Assembly (NCBI RefSeq): GCF_041956535.1
Contig: NW_027192208.1
Span: 313,608-377,607, forward strand
Direction: 5' to 3'
Length of the DNA stretch: 64,000 bases
Source of the DNA: Calcarisporiella thermophila CBS 279.70
Lineage: Eukaryota; Fungi; Calcarisporiellomycota
The notes below the pieces were generated by a model. The model was not told where the DNA came from. It worked only from the letters and a program-made list of their open reading frames with translations, and did not search any database. Below, piece by piece: positions 26,400 to 39,344 of the stretch (positions are counted from its first letter, which is position 1; each line of letters starts with the position of its first letter). Made by a program: the position numbers and the translations under genes.

Positions 26400-27027
26400 C
26401 GACCAGCGACAAAAAATGGGTTCTTGGGGAGGAGGGGTGGAAAAGGTTGGGCTAGAATAAGCTTCCAGAGCTCGCAGCACGCAGCAGGTGGTGGGTCTAG
26501 ATATGGGCTGGCATGTATTTAGGAGGTACGCCAGCACACATCAAAAGGACACTAGCAAAAGTAAAGAGTGAGGGGATAGCTTTCAGGAGAGAACTCGAAA
26601 CTATTAAGGGGTATTATTAAAATATAGGTATAAAGGAAAACAGCCATAGACAAGTATCAGAGGCTATCGGCCCCAATGAGATGCTCCTAGACGCTAGCCT
26701 AGTTTCGTGGAAGCTAACGTGGAATTCAACGGGAATGTCCTTGAATTCAAGGAAGAACACGAATAACAGGGAAAAAATAAAAGACAAAATTGGGCGAAAA
26801 GTCACATTCGTTTCGCATTTAAAGTTCTTACATTATCAAAAGCGGTCATTCCAACGGGTTACAAATTAAGAATTGGTATTCAATTTGCATTCAGAGCCGC
26901 TTCAGATGAGGGTGGCACAGCGGATGACGTCCCCCTAGCCCAAACACATCTAAATTTTCAAGCTATCTCGATAACCCCCCCCCCTCATCCTCAAAATTCT
27001 CTTCATCGAGAACTAAGCAGATAAATA

Positions 27028-27792
27028 ATGGCAGACACACACAATGAAGAGCATGCAGCTGCTCATCATAACCAAGACTGCATCGGTTCCGTTGCGAAAA
27101 ATGGATTGATTTTTGGTGGGATCGGTCTTGTTGTGTCTGCATTCCAGAACGCGAGCGACTTACATACGCGGGGCGCAATGGGTGTATTCACTAGGACAGG
27201 AGGCACAATCGGGTTCTTCGGTGAGTTCCACCCCTTCCATCTCTTCCGCTGTGAGGCGATGGAAGAAGAGAGATGAACTTGGGTTTATGCTTTCGATGGG
27301 TGCATAACTAAATGGATGCTTTTCATTGCCTTGATGCATCTTTAGCCGCAATGGGTGGCATTTTTGCCGGTGCAGAGTGTGCTGCCTCGGCAGTGCGCGG
27401 AAAGGATGATATGTGGAATAGTGCTATTGCCGGATGTGCTGCTGGTGTTCTTGCCGGCGTCCGAGGTAATTTTTTTATTCTCCAGATCTAGTTTCTCGTG
27501 TATTCTTGAGACCGCTACTTGCAAGAGGCGATTTTGTTTCGGGCCTTTTGAATATGTCTCTCCCTTCCCATCGCATAATGAAATTTGTGTTAGAGCCCTA
27601 ATCGTGATCTTGCTATTAGCTCACTCCTTTGCGACCATGTGCGGAGCCTGCGCTGCCATTGGCGGCACCATGGCTGCATACGAATACGGCGGCGCAAACA
27701 TCAAAGGTGCACTCGCCAACATGACGGAGGAGCAGAAGAAGAAATGGAGAGAATCCTTCTTCAAACAGTCTGCGGCGGAGAAGAATGAATAG
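27028..27792 (+). CDS. NDUFA11: Complex I subunit NDUFA11 (B14.7/NUO21.3b; Tim17/22/23 family)
   Basis: GLVVSAFQNA..GAMGVFTRTGGTIGFFAAMGGIFAGAECAASAVRGKDDMWNSAIAGCAAG, over three exons. Confidence 0.88.
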
Positions 27793-28972
27793 GAGAGGGG
27801 ACAATGTAGATGAGGCTGTGTCGTTATATTTGTTATTTTTCCGTCATAGAATTTTTTTATAATTGATAAAAAATAAAACAAAACATTCATATATCATTCT
27901 AGCCGGCCCTGTTTTTTTCTCGAGCACAATGAGGTTTTGGGTGCTCTATTTCATCCACTTTCTCGATATGCTGTAGAAAAGCAGGGTTGCAGCGTCCTTA
28001 ACATGTCCGGTCCTTTGGGGTGCTTCTACGTAGACCTATGACTGGTGATGTGACCGACCCGTCTATTCTAAAGCGAGCAGTCGTAGTCTCTGATAAGGAA
28101 GAGGAGGGGGCATGTTTCATACCACTGTGCCTTGCGTGTCCCAAGAGCCACTGGTTGTCTCCAAATAGGTGCAAAATTCCTATTCAATTGCCATGAAAAT
28201 GGGGGCTTTCCATAGCAGTAGTTGCAAGAGGGAGGCTACCCTGATCCTCTTTTGATGTTTACCAAGACCAAGTGACTATTCTCATGACGGAGAAAGGGAC
28301 CATAGGATTTGATCTCGGTATCATTGGGATTTCGGGACTCATATTAAATGTGCATACCAAGCCTCTCGAAGCTTATTAAGGACTGCTCTTTTGCGACTTG
28401 CTACCAACGTGCCCTCTAATCTCGTTCCTTCATTTCCTAATCGACGCAACGATGTTCCCATTTTTGTATTTTATACCTCGACCAAAGCCATTCAACTACA
28501 CCTCGCTGATCCGTGAGTTGGCATGCATTGTATTTTCTCGGAAATCGATTGTCGTAATGCTACTTACCGCCTTCGTCCTATTCGAGTTTTAAAAAGCCCA
28601 CGATTTTTATTTTCGTTTGTTTTGTAGAAGGTTATACCTTGTACCAAATTCTATTGCATTCATTTCCTCCTTCCATCCAAGAATTGTTTCCTGATCAAAG
28701 CTTCATGCCACCATTTGGACATCTCTTTCCCTTTGCGGATGCCGTGGAGGTGGAGAGTGAGCAGAGGTGCCTTGGTATACTGTACTTTATTCACACATCA
28801 AAAATATATTCTTATTTTAATACAAGTGCATTCTTTTTAAAACGAAACAAAAAAAAACGACCAAAGACCATCAGCACGAACACACACACATATCTATGCA
28901 TATGCATTTCTTTTTTGTAATCGAAACGTCGACTCTTGCAGTGATATTTTCATTTTTCATTGGCGTCCTGCT

Positions 28973-31393
28973 TCAGACCGATTCTATTTCCAAGCACGGG
29001 ATACAGGCATTAGCACCGGGCGATTCCTAACAACACACCAGCGAGTACTTACCGAAAGTGCTCCATCGATCCATCAAAAACAGCTCCAAGTCTCTCCACC
29101 CGTCTCCCACCCTCACAAGAACTCTCGCCCCGCCTTTGTCTCCACCCAGCGCGTTCGCCTCGTGTTTGCCGCCATTTCCGCGCTTGAACCGCGCTAGTCG
29201 GCAGAGGTAGGTTTCGCGCCCGGTCCCAAACTTGTATCTTCCCGTTTCATCCGGGGAGGACGCGATGCGGAGGCATTGCACTTGCACAAGGGACTGGGAC
29301 AGGATCCGTGCTACCGCCTGGTCGAGCGGGTCCCTGGGATCGGGGGAGTAGGGCGCCCGGTTCGGGTGAGAGTGAACGAAGATAGGGGGCGGCTGATGCG
29401 GGTGTTTTGGTGGCCCGTGGGGCGAGGCTTTTGGGTGGGCGGCGAGAGCAGACAGGGGGGAGGTGGGGGTGCGCGGTCTCGGGGGCGACGAGCAGGAGGA
29501 TGCAGAGGTACAACTAGAGAGCCGTCGGTCTATGCTTACGTCGGTGTAGTCTGATCTCTCCGAGGTGGTGGGCGACGGCTGGTGATCGAACGGGATGGGG
29601 GGGATGGGCGGGGGGGTGCTCGGTTTATGCGCCCTGTTGGTCCGTGAGGAGGGCCGGGATGCCCGCGCCGCAGTGGATGGGTACCGCTCAGACTCAGCCG
29701 AGGGCCTTCGCATCCCATGCAAATTCAGGTCTGGGCCCGGCGACGGGCTCGTCCCGTTGCGCGTTCTCGAGCGAGATCGCGAGCGCGAGAGGGAGCGTTC
29801 CACCGCCGCCACCCCACGAGATGGGGGCCTGTCCAGGAAACTTTGACCCGGAGGAGAGTCCATTTTTGTCGAGGGGTTCCAACGTGGGCGATCACCGAGT
29901 CTAGGCGAGAGGGTGGAGGCGGAGGAGCTTCGAGAGGAAGGGCGGCTCTTGGATTTGGCCGTGAGGGTGAGGTTGCTTCTCGCCGCAGCATCAGATGGCC
30001 GTCTTAGCTGGCCAAGCGAGGCTCTTCGTGTGAGAGCGGGGGCGGCCGGAGGGAGCGCCTGGTTTCCGCTCGGCGGGGGGTGCAATAGGGAGCTAAGCTT
30101 TCGCTCAATCTCCTCCAGAGTTTGCTTCAGCCGGACCCACTGGTCTCGTATGCGTATATGCCGATACGCGACCTCCGGATCGATCATCCCTTTGCTCGCG
30201 ATGCTGTTGGCAAGCAGGTGAATCATGCGCTCGATAGCAGGCTCGTAGTAGCAGCGCTTAGCCTCGAGCGTTTTGGCAAACTCGTGCACCGAATCGCTCG
30301 GCACCTCCTGGGATGCCTTGAGGGAGGAGCAGGATTTGGAGTGACGCAGCTTGCCCCCCGCGGCCAAAGAGGGCCGCTGGGCGGTGGATGGTGCATGCGC
30401 GGTGAGCTTCTCGCCCTGGACCAGGGCCGCGCTCAGTTGCCGCATCATCGACATGACTTGGCCAGCGATGTGGTTGAAGAAAGCCAGCCACCGATCCTCT
30501 TTAAGCTGCTCCTTCAGATCATCAAGCTCTTTCTTGAGCGTCTCCCATCGGCCCTGGACGTGCTTATACTTCTTCTCCAGCATCCCGCCCAGGTCCCGCG
30601 GCGCATCCGGGCCAGTAAGGCGGGCATAGACCCCGTCGATTCGGGCGAAGAGGGGCTCGACCCTGGCGTCTATCTGCGCCAGCCAGAGTTCGTCCTCGGC
30701 CTTTCGGTCCTCAAAGCCCCCGCACGGCCCGTGGTGCAGGTAGGCGTGGGTGAGCAGGCGGTCCTCGTGATAGCGGAAGATGGTGGTCGAGAGCTCGTCT
30801 ATCCCGTGCAACACCTCGTCCATTTCGGCCTGGAGCTCCCGCTGCGCCTTGGTGTCGTTCATCTCCCGCCGCACCTCGCCGAGAAGCAGCTGCAAATCCT
30901 GCCAGCCTTCCTTTGCGCGCGCAACCGACTCAAACGCCTCCTGTGCCATTTGGACACCCTCCGCACGCGGTTCCGTCTCTGCGTCCAGCTTCTCCGAGAG
31001 CCGCTGCTCCACCTCGCTTACCACCTCAAACACGGCGCCAAACTCCGCCAGAACCCCCTCCAGCTCCACCGCATCCTCCATGGGCAACAATCCGATGGTG
31101 CACATCTCTCGGACGCTTACGCGTAAAGACCGAGTTGCAATGGTTGCCGCGCGTACGAATTTCAGAATCACGCACGCGCACTCGTGCAGCCGCCGGGCAA
31201 TGTCGAGAGTGGAGATGCAATCGTTGTAAAGGGTCTGGCAGAGATCGGCCTGAGGATTGGGAATGGCGCGTAGGGCAAACAGCCGGAGCTCGAAGTCGTC
31301 GCGAAGGGAGTTGCGATTTGCGCGGTCGACAATGTGGAGATGCGCGGGATCTTTTGACGGGGGCGCCGCCGCCCTGGGATCTTCCTCCTCCAT
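28973..31393 (-). CDS. KAR9-domain plus C-terminal GAS2 (GAR) domain cytoskeletal linker
   Basis: Coiled-coil region with LKEQLKEDRWLAFFNH (Kar9-like); Ser/Arg/Pro linker; YSPDPRDPLDQAVARIL..GRYKFG..VLVRVGDGWRDLELFL (GAS2). A probable final GTAAGT intron gives ...FESV* at 28973; read-through would stop at 29027. Confidence 0.8.
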
Positions 31394-32262
31394 ACCGATG
31401 AGACAATGGGACACTGCAAGATAGACAAAGGCGAAAAAGAACGAAGATGGGATGGAAAGAATGGTGTGCAGAGCTAGAGAAATGGTGGGGAAGGAGGGGA
31501 AGGAGGAGAGCAAGTGGCCAGGTGACAACTTGCGAGATGTCAAGGGGGGGAGAACAAGAAATATGGGGAAGACAACAGAACCTTTCGAAAAGGAAGAGGA
31601 TCGTAGCGCGGTTGATTAGCAGGGTTTGAATTTAATTTGGTGCATCGACAAATATGGCTACCAGACCTTACCGAGCAATGCTGCTTTTGGATTGATGAAC
31701 TGCTGCTAGCTGTTCATTTTGTTTAAGCGCATCATACATCTCCAGCGAAACCATGATTTTTTTAATTTCCTTGCCTTAATTGTCGAAAGCCTTCGCTTGC
31801 AATCCAACCCTTCGCAGAATGTTTCTCTCCAGCTCCCCCGCTTGTTGCCTTGAGCTCGTGGCGCAGCTCTCTCCGCAAAACCAGCTTGTCTAGCGCTGTC
31901 GCCATTTCCTATCGCCTCTTCTATGAGCGCGTGCCAGCCACCTTCCGTGGGTCCCAATTGGCCCGACAGGTCAACCTCGGGCCACAGAGGCACAAATTGT
32001 CATCCAAAAAAGCCACGTTCAACCTTTCTATCGAAAAACGGTCCCCTTAACAAGCCATCCAAAATATTTCAGAAAGGGCTGAAAGCACCAGGCTAAAAGT
32101 GCTACTAAATTCCTTGGGTCTCGCACTTTCTTGCAATTATTGATCTCCACCTCGGCATTTTCGATAAATAGCATTCCCATCCTCCTAATAGTTAGATCTT
32201 CTCACCCATCTCTGCTTGTATATATTTATAATTCACAATCTAGACTTAGAAGTGCAAACATC

Positions 32263-32800
32263 ATGGATGATGAACCTTTACTTTTTGAGGGATTCTCGAG
32301 ACAGGTAAAAATTATAAAAACACTTTGGTGCTCTTCTCCTTTCTCTCCCAGCTTTGTTAGAGCGTGACGATTTGTTAACTTTTCATCCTTTCCATCCTAA
32401 TGGTTCGTAGGATCACTTAATCGAGCAGCTTGTGTCCATTGTTGTCATTGGATTTGTTGCCATAACCGCTTTCCTCACAATCCTACATGGGCTCGTCTCC
32501 TCCTTTATCTTTCTTGTATTTGGAATGTGCATCGTGGGGTTTGCGGTGCTCCTCATTACACTGGTAAATGATTTCCCATCTTTCTGTCAACATAAACTCG
32601 CAAGCAAACTCCTCATGCCCGCCATGTCTTCTTAATAGCTTCGATGGTATAGGTCAGGCGATCTGGAGCCCAAATTCAGGTGGTATATCCTTGCGCATGC
32701 TATTCTGTTGACACTTCTTTCCTGCGTGGCCAACGTGTATATATATTATCCGTATTCGGGTTCATCGGTAGCCTCGGATACTACCGCTCTCCCTAGTTAA
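32263..32800 (+). CDS. TMEM243: TMEM243 (DUF2678)-like small membrane protein, 3 exons
   Basis: Hand-spliced MDDEPLLFEGFSRQ|DHLIEQLVSIVVIG...LLITL|LRWYRSGDLEPKFRWYI...CVANVYIY. The animal TMEM243 signature as recalled is WYRQGDLEPKFR..CANLY. Confidence 0.85.
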
Positions 32801-33179
32801 GCCCTAGCACTCATAATCTAATCTTCATAACAATAAAATAAAATATCACCTCTCTCACGTTGTCAAGCTGGCGTTCCACCCCATGGAACTCGGCGAAAGC
32901 TGGCCTTGCCTACAGAAGCTGGGCCACAAAGCCGCCTTCTCCCCTTGAGGAAGCTGGTAATCAAGCCAAGAAATTAAGCCATCCGTCGGGTGTGCTCTCG
33001 GTGGAACTTGCCACGGGGAGAAAAATTCCCGCGTCAATACACGAAATCGTTTTCTAAGCCATACTCTGGCCTCGGGGGGATCCAATCACGCGAGGCACCG
33101 TGTTTTTTTTATTTCTCTTGTGCTTGCCTCCACCATCCATACGTGAGAGATCATCTGCATTCGGCTGCTCAAGTAGTCA

Positions 33180-34923
33180 ATGGAGGGCCCGCGCATTAGC
33201 CAGTTTCTCCCCGCCATTAAATGCTCCGACTGCGGCATTGATGTCGAATTCCGCAAGCTGGGCGAACATGTGTGCTCGGGCGCTCCTCCCCTTCCGAGTT
33301 TGTCACCATCTCCCAATCAAAAAGGCAATTGGATAATCTTGTATTGAATGACCCTTGCAGCGGCATTCTAATCCTGCCGATTATTTTAATTAACAGATAA
33401 CCATGTTGAGCTGCCATCGACGCTGAAGAAGACCACATCCAAACCCAAACCCTCTCCTCTCCCTACAGGTTAGATGATGATTGCCTCCTCTAATCTATTT
33501 TTCCGTGGACTTACCCATCTCGCTCTCGCATCTAGCCCAAGACTTTCTTTCCACAGGCTACCACACCACCCTCCCCCTCAGCTCCCCGAACATCTCCTCC
33601 TCATCGCAACAGAGCGCTCCCCGCTCTCCTTATGATACGCATTCCACCTCTCGTTATAACGATCTACCCCGGCTCAACTTCACCTCCGCCTCTCCCCGCT
33701 ACGACAGCATGGCCAGCAAATACGGGGACCGTATGACCCCACCCGCTACTGGGGAATCCCCCATCTCTCCTGTCACAAAATACGGCGATTATTTCCGCCG
33801 ACCATCTCACAAAGAAGAACAGCCTCTTCCGCAGAGCCCAAGATCACCCTTGCCGAAGGAAAGAGAGAAAGAATACATGGAATCGCCGCGAGAGCGCCAT
33901 ACCCCCCACCCGTTCCCTCCCATGGCCCCTCACCCTACCTCGGAGCCCCTGTCGCACTCACTGCAACAGCACCCGCGGCGAGAAGACTCGTGGCGCGAAA
34001 AAGAGGAAACCCGATCGAGAGCGGAGGAGCGGGGGCGAGAGGGCGTGGACCGGACCAGGGAACCGCCGAGGCAGATGTCGGGAGACAAACCGAGGAAGAA
34101 AACCGCGGATACATTCGACCAGTTGCTCGAGGATCTGCGAAAGGAGATGGGAGATGTGGGGCTAGAGGTGGGCGCAGCCGAAAAATGTGCCTCTTGGTAG
34201 GTGGCTCCGGCCTCGTCGAGCTGCGTCTCATTCTTAGGTGACTGAAACCCTTTTGCTTGCGTTTTTTTTTTAGCAATGAGCCGATCCACACCAAACCTCT
34301 CTACTCCCTCGGCAGACCCTATCACCCCGGCCATCTTCGCTGCTTTCATTGCAACGTGGCGATTGATGCCTCGGTAGGGCACGCGGACTATGCCAAGCGT
34401 ACATACTGTCGACGATGCTTCACCACCGTTTTCCTGCCCAAGTGCCCTGCCTGCCAACTCCCGGTGGAGGGGCAGGCTGTGTGCTCCAGCGACGGCAAAC
34501 TCGAGGGGAAATGGCATGCCAAGTGCTTTGGGTGCACCGTGTGCCGTAGCCCCTTCCCCGACCGGAGCTTTTATGTGTGGGAGAACAAGCCCTATTGTAA
34601 ACGGCACTATCACCAAGCGAATAATTCCCTTTGCAAGTGTTGTGATGAGCCCATTGAGGGTCCATGTGCGCAGACATTTGAAGGATGGCGGTTCCATCCT
34701 CCCTGCTTCACCGTAAGTATCCCCCTCCCCCTTCAAGCTTCATCTCTTGGACCTTCTCAGCGTCTCGATGGCCCCCTAACGCAAATGTATTCATTAGTGT
34801 GTCGTGTGCCGGAGCCCTATCACCGACGTGTACTACATGGTGGAGAAGAAGTTCTACTGCGAGGCCCATGTTGAAAGACAAAGAAGAGCCGAACGACGAC
34901 GCACCATGTTCAGAGAGATCTGA
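33180..34923 (+). CDS. Paxillin-like LIM-domain protein (Pxl1-like)
   Basis: N-terminal IKCSDCGIDVEFRKLGEHVC zinc motif; Pro/Ser region; FDQLLEDL LD-like motif; three LIM domains; C-terminal RAERRRT. Confidence 0.88.
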
Positions 34924-35308
34924 TAATTTCTTGATTATTAAGTTAATACGTTGTTGCCCTCCCCCACCCCCCCCCTGCAGATACCTTCTTGCTTCTTGAT
35001 ATTATTTATATTTTTTCTTTAATCATCTTATCTTGTTAATGATTTTTTCTTGTCTGGAACCTTGTTTCTCTTTTTCTATGATAATTGTTCTTTATACTCT
35101 CTCTCCTACGACTATATAATGTCCTCTACTGTTTGGTTGTGCTTTATAATGGAAAAAAATAACCCCCCTTTTCTTTAGTAATTAGCAATTTTTTTTTCAA
35201 TAAATACCACCCATAAATCAGTACCCGTCGAAGGCATGGTGGATTGGATTCGTTATATTTATTTAACTTCGTATTTACAATCAGAGCATTCCCCTGGTTT
35301 CGATGCCT

Positions 35309-36070
35309 TTACTGAGCGTAGGCCTCCTTTCCATGCTCGCTAATAACACAAATATGATCCAGATCTCTAAAGTACTCGTTGTAGTCCAAGCAGTATCCGA
35401 CAACGAACAGGTCGGGGATGGCAAAGCCCACATAGTCGGGGACGTATCCTCGGCTGCGGGTGGTCTTCTTCAGGAGCAACGACGCCACTTTGACGGAGGC
35501 GGGTTCATACTGGCCGAGCTTCTTTAGCAGGGCAAGCATCGTGTTGCCCGTATCGACGATATCCTCCACGATGAGCACATTCTACGCCACAAAATCGGTT
35601 AAGTATTTGCCCGTACAAGAGGAAGAAGAACAGAGCGAAAGTGGGGGAGGGGGTTGGGGGAGGAAGAGATGACTTACCCGTCCTTTCAGCTCACGGCACT
35701 CCTCCTCGGAAAGACTGATGGACACCTCTCCGGCTTCCATCCCGACATAACTCTTCACCCGCAGGAACTCCAGGCTCATCTGCATGCTCTTTCCTCCGCG
35801 CAATCTTTTGATCCATCCAACCAGATCAGCAAAGAACTGATGACCGCCCTTCAGAACACAAATGCAGGTAAGGGGCCCATCGGTATCGGCGACGATGCGG
35901 TGTGCCAAGGACACAATACGGTCCTGGACAAGGCCATGGGGAATAAGAACCGATGACAAATCGAGTGAGTAGTGAGACGGGATGACAAAGTGATGCAAGG
36001 GATAGGGGTTCGAGGACGTAATGTCGATCCAAGGCTGATCCTGATGGGAGGTGGCGTCAGAGGAAGACAT
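35309..36070 (-). CDS. HPRT1: Hypoxanthine-guanine phosphoribosyltransferase, animal HPRT1-type
   Basis: [43 protein letters not shown]; [14 protein letters not shown]; [30 protein letters not shown]. Confidence 0.95.
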
Positions 36071-36304
36071 GGTGAAGGGTGCGAAACTTTGACAGTTCAA
36101 CGGAAAGCAAGAAGCCTCAAAAAGAGAAAAAAGTGTAAACAAGCGTTGGCCGCGATATTTAATTTGGAGGTTCTGAAATTTATTCAAATATGCAAAAATG
36201 ATCCAAGCATCCGAGAGAAAGGAAAGTCCAAGCAAAAGTACAACTGGGGGAGTGGTGTTATTGAGGAACAAATGAGTGCGTGTCACGGACCCTTGGGCTC
36301 CTGC

Positions 36305-37162
36305 TCATGTATGAGCGGCGGCCTCGTCTTTCTGGCCATTCAACCACCGCTCCTTCAAGCGATCCAATTCGCTCAAGTTGCTATCTATCCTCCGGACTAA
36401 GTCTTTTCTTCGCTTCCGCACCTCCTCTACTCCGTCCGCGTCTATCCCGTCCACCCTCAACATGAGTCTGGTCAGCAGCTCCTCGTACTCGAGGAACGGC
36501 CGGTTTTGCGGGTCGCGGGGCGTCGGCGAGCTGCCGAAGTTGGCTGGGTCGAACACCAAGCGCTGCGCGAGAACGCGCGGCCCATGGTGGGAACGAAGGT
36601 CTGCGAATTCGTCTGCAATTTTTGACAGCTCTTCGAGCTTTTGTACCGCAGCTGCATCGAGCGGTTGCCCTTGAGTTTCAGCCTCTGCAAGCGGCTGTTG
36701 CTGCGGCTGCGAACTCTCTTCAGAGGGGTGGAAAACAGGGTGTCTTTGGGTCTCCTGCGGAATCTCATCCTTTTGCTGGAAGGCCATGTTGAAGCTGGGA
36801 TTGAAGCGTGGCGAGTCTTGGGCGAACCTAACCGGACTTGATCTCCCGTGCGGGGATCCATGTCGATATACTGGCCCGTCTTGATATGGATGTCTGTACG
36901 AAGGCTGTGCTAACTCTAGAAAATAAGTCTGCCCGAGTCTAGGCGAGTACGCCGGCTTTAGGAAAGTTCTTCTTTTAGCTTGCTGCGAAGGACGTCTTTG
37001 GATATAGAGGTTGGGCTCGATATGAGCCGGTCCCGCATAGTAAGATTCATATAGTCTGGGCGAGGGGACAGAATAGCGATATGTTAGCGTGGGGGATAAT
37101 ATAGCAGGCTGCGGTAAGTGATAGTGATGGTGGGGTGTGTAGAGCTCGTATAGACAAGCCAT
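36305..37162 (-). CDS. BAG-domain Hsp70 co-chaperone
   Basis: FLEYEELLTRLMLRVDGIDADGVEEVRKRRKDLVRRI is the BAG helix 2-3 signature. Confidence 0.85.
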   Translation of the reverse strand: MACLYELYTPHHHYHLPQPAILSPTLTYRYSVPSPRLYESYYAGPAHIEPNLYIQRRPSQQAKRRTFLKPAYSPRLGQTYFLELAQPSYRHPYQDGPVYRHGSPHGRSSPVRFAQDSPRFNPSFNMAFQQKDEIPQETQRHPVFHPSEESSQPQQQPLAEAETQGQPLDAAAVQKLEELSKIADEFADLRSHHGPRVLAQRLVFDPANFGSSPTPRDPQNRPFLEYEELLTRLMLRVDGIDADGVEEVRKRRKDLVRRIDSNLSELDRLKERWLNGQKDEAAAHT

Positions 37163-37587
37163 ATTGATAGTATTCTATGGGTTGGGGGTTGTAGAGAGGT
37201 TGGATATGAATGATGACGATGGCCGAGAGTGAAGCCGTCGTCTGATCGTTTTATAACCCAAAATGGCTTGGAATTTTTAGTAAGGGCTGAATCGAATTTC
37301 TAATCGCGTGGAATACGTAAGGAGGTCCTGGAGCGTGAAAGAACATGCGAGAAGAGTTTGGAATTTGGAAATCCGAAAAGTCAAGGTTATGCGTAATTTT
37401 TTTTTTTTGTCTACCTTGATTCTCCAAACTCTTCAAAGTACTAGAGTCTCTGCTTTCGGTTGGTTATTCCCATCCTTCTCCTTCGTCCTTTCAATATATT
37501 ATTTTTTATTACTTCTTCTCCTTGCCCCTCCTCCTCCCACTTTTTTTTTTCTTGCGAACCTCTTGATCGCACGCTAGTTTTGCTACA

Positions 37588-38920
37588 ATGTCCAAAGTGA
37601 ATCTCACCATAAAATGCAGTAACGACACTAAGTACCAAATCGAGATCGAGACATCTAAGACGGTTCTTGAGCTCAAACAGGCGATCGCTGAGAAGAGTGA
37701 TACCGCGGTTGAGCGCCAGAGGCTTATCTATTCTGGGCGAGTTTTGAAAGTAGGTTGGATCGATGGATCTGATCTTGGCTCATGATCCCCTGAATGGATT
37801 TAACCTTTTCTGTTTCTTTTCTAGGACGCCGATACCCTGGAATCATACAAAATCCAAGATGGCCACACCATTCATATGGTCAGGAGTGGAGCTTCGAGTG
37901 GCCAGTCTTCACAGCAGCAGGGTAAGATCAGTGTTCTCTTGGCATTATGCACAATAAATTGATGAAAAATGATGAATTCATCTAGTACAAAGCCAGCAGA
38001 CACAGCCGGCTGCTGCAAATACCAGTAGCCCTGGCGATGGGCAGGCTCAACAGCAACCACAATCACAACAGCAGCAACAGCAGCAACAGCAGCAACAGCC
38101 GCCAAACCCATTTATGAATCCTTTTGCAGCCCTCGGCGGAGGCTCCCCCTTCGGCTTTAATCCTGCAAGCACAGGGGCCGGAGCTGGCTATGGAATGCCG
38201 CCTATGGATCCTGGTATGTTCCAGCAAATGATGCAGTCTCCATTCTTCACGCAGCAGATGTCCATGCTTCTGCAGAATCCTCAGGTGGTCGACGCAATCA
38301 TTGCCTCCAACCCACAATTCGCCGCCATGGGCCCGGAATTGCGTCAGATGATGCAATCACCTGAATTTCGGCAAATGCTCTCCGACCCAAACACAATTCG
38401 GAGCATGGCTGCGATGTCGGCGGCAATGGGTGGCATGGGTGGCATGAGTGGTATGGGCGGAATGGGAATGGGAATGCCTGGATGGGGTGGTGCTCAAACA
38501 ACAGGCAGCAATCCCACTGGTACCCCTCCCGCCAATCCTTTCTTGAGCTTGCTGAATCCCGCTGCTGGCACCACGCCGGGTACGACTGCTGGGGCCGGAA
38601 CCACTCCCGCCGCAAACAATCCCAATCCATCCCCAAATGCGTCTGCTCCCAACCCTAACCCCCAACAGCAACCGACCACATCTCCACCTGGAGCCGGCGC
38701 CTATCCGAATCCATTCGATCCTTTCTGGCTGATGAACGCCCTCAACCAACAGCAACAGACACAACAGAATACACAGCCTCCCGAGGAGCGATACCAAGTG
38801 CAGTTGCAGCAGCTCAATGAGATGGGGTTCTACAATGCTGAGCAGAATATACGGGCGCTGCAAAGATGCGGTGGAAATGTGAATGCTGCCATAGAATTGC
38901 TATTGAGCGGAAACATCTAA
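37588..38920 (+). CDS. DSK2: Ubiquilin Dsk2 (UBL-STI1-UBA)
   Basis: [17 protein letters not shown]; Met-rich STI1 repeats; [40 protein letters not shown]. Confidence 0.95.
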
Positions 38921-39344
38921 TAGGATACGAAGCTTGCCGTTTTTATTTTTTTATTTTTATAAGTGTTTATACAAATTCAAGATTTTTTAATCTATATTTT
39001 TCTTTATTTTCTTTCTTCTTTTGTATTTTTCTCCTCGCCCTTTTATATTTTGCCATTTTATATTTCTATTTTAAGGGTTTTTATAAAGTGAATATCAAAG
39101 TGAAGGTTTTTTTATAATTCTTGATATGCTTTATTCTTTTATCTCTAAAGTCTACAATACAAATCTTATGGGTTTAGTAAGGATGAAGATTGACTCTACG
39201 TCTTGAAAGGTATTTGCCCAGTTGAGAGAGAGACCAATTCATCTACAGACTGCGCCGCAATTTCCCCTCGAAAAATTTACCACAAACAAACCGATATTCC
39301 AATACCTCCATTGCATCGTGTCTTCATCCATTATCGAAAGGCAA

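Noticed and set aside
28040-28100. C/D-box-like motifs around CCGACCCGTCT, which matches LSU rRNA
   Set aside because: The match is sense rather than antisense relative to the boxes, and the C box is poor.
30122-31126. 334-aa plus-strand ORF and similar long antisense ORFs over DCAF12, eIF3d and the LIM gene
   Set aside because: Shadow ORFs of GC-rich coding sequence on the opposite strand.
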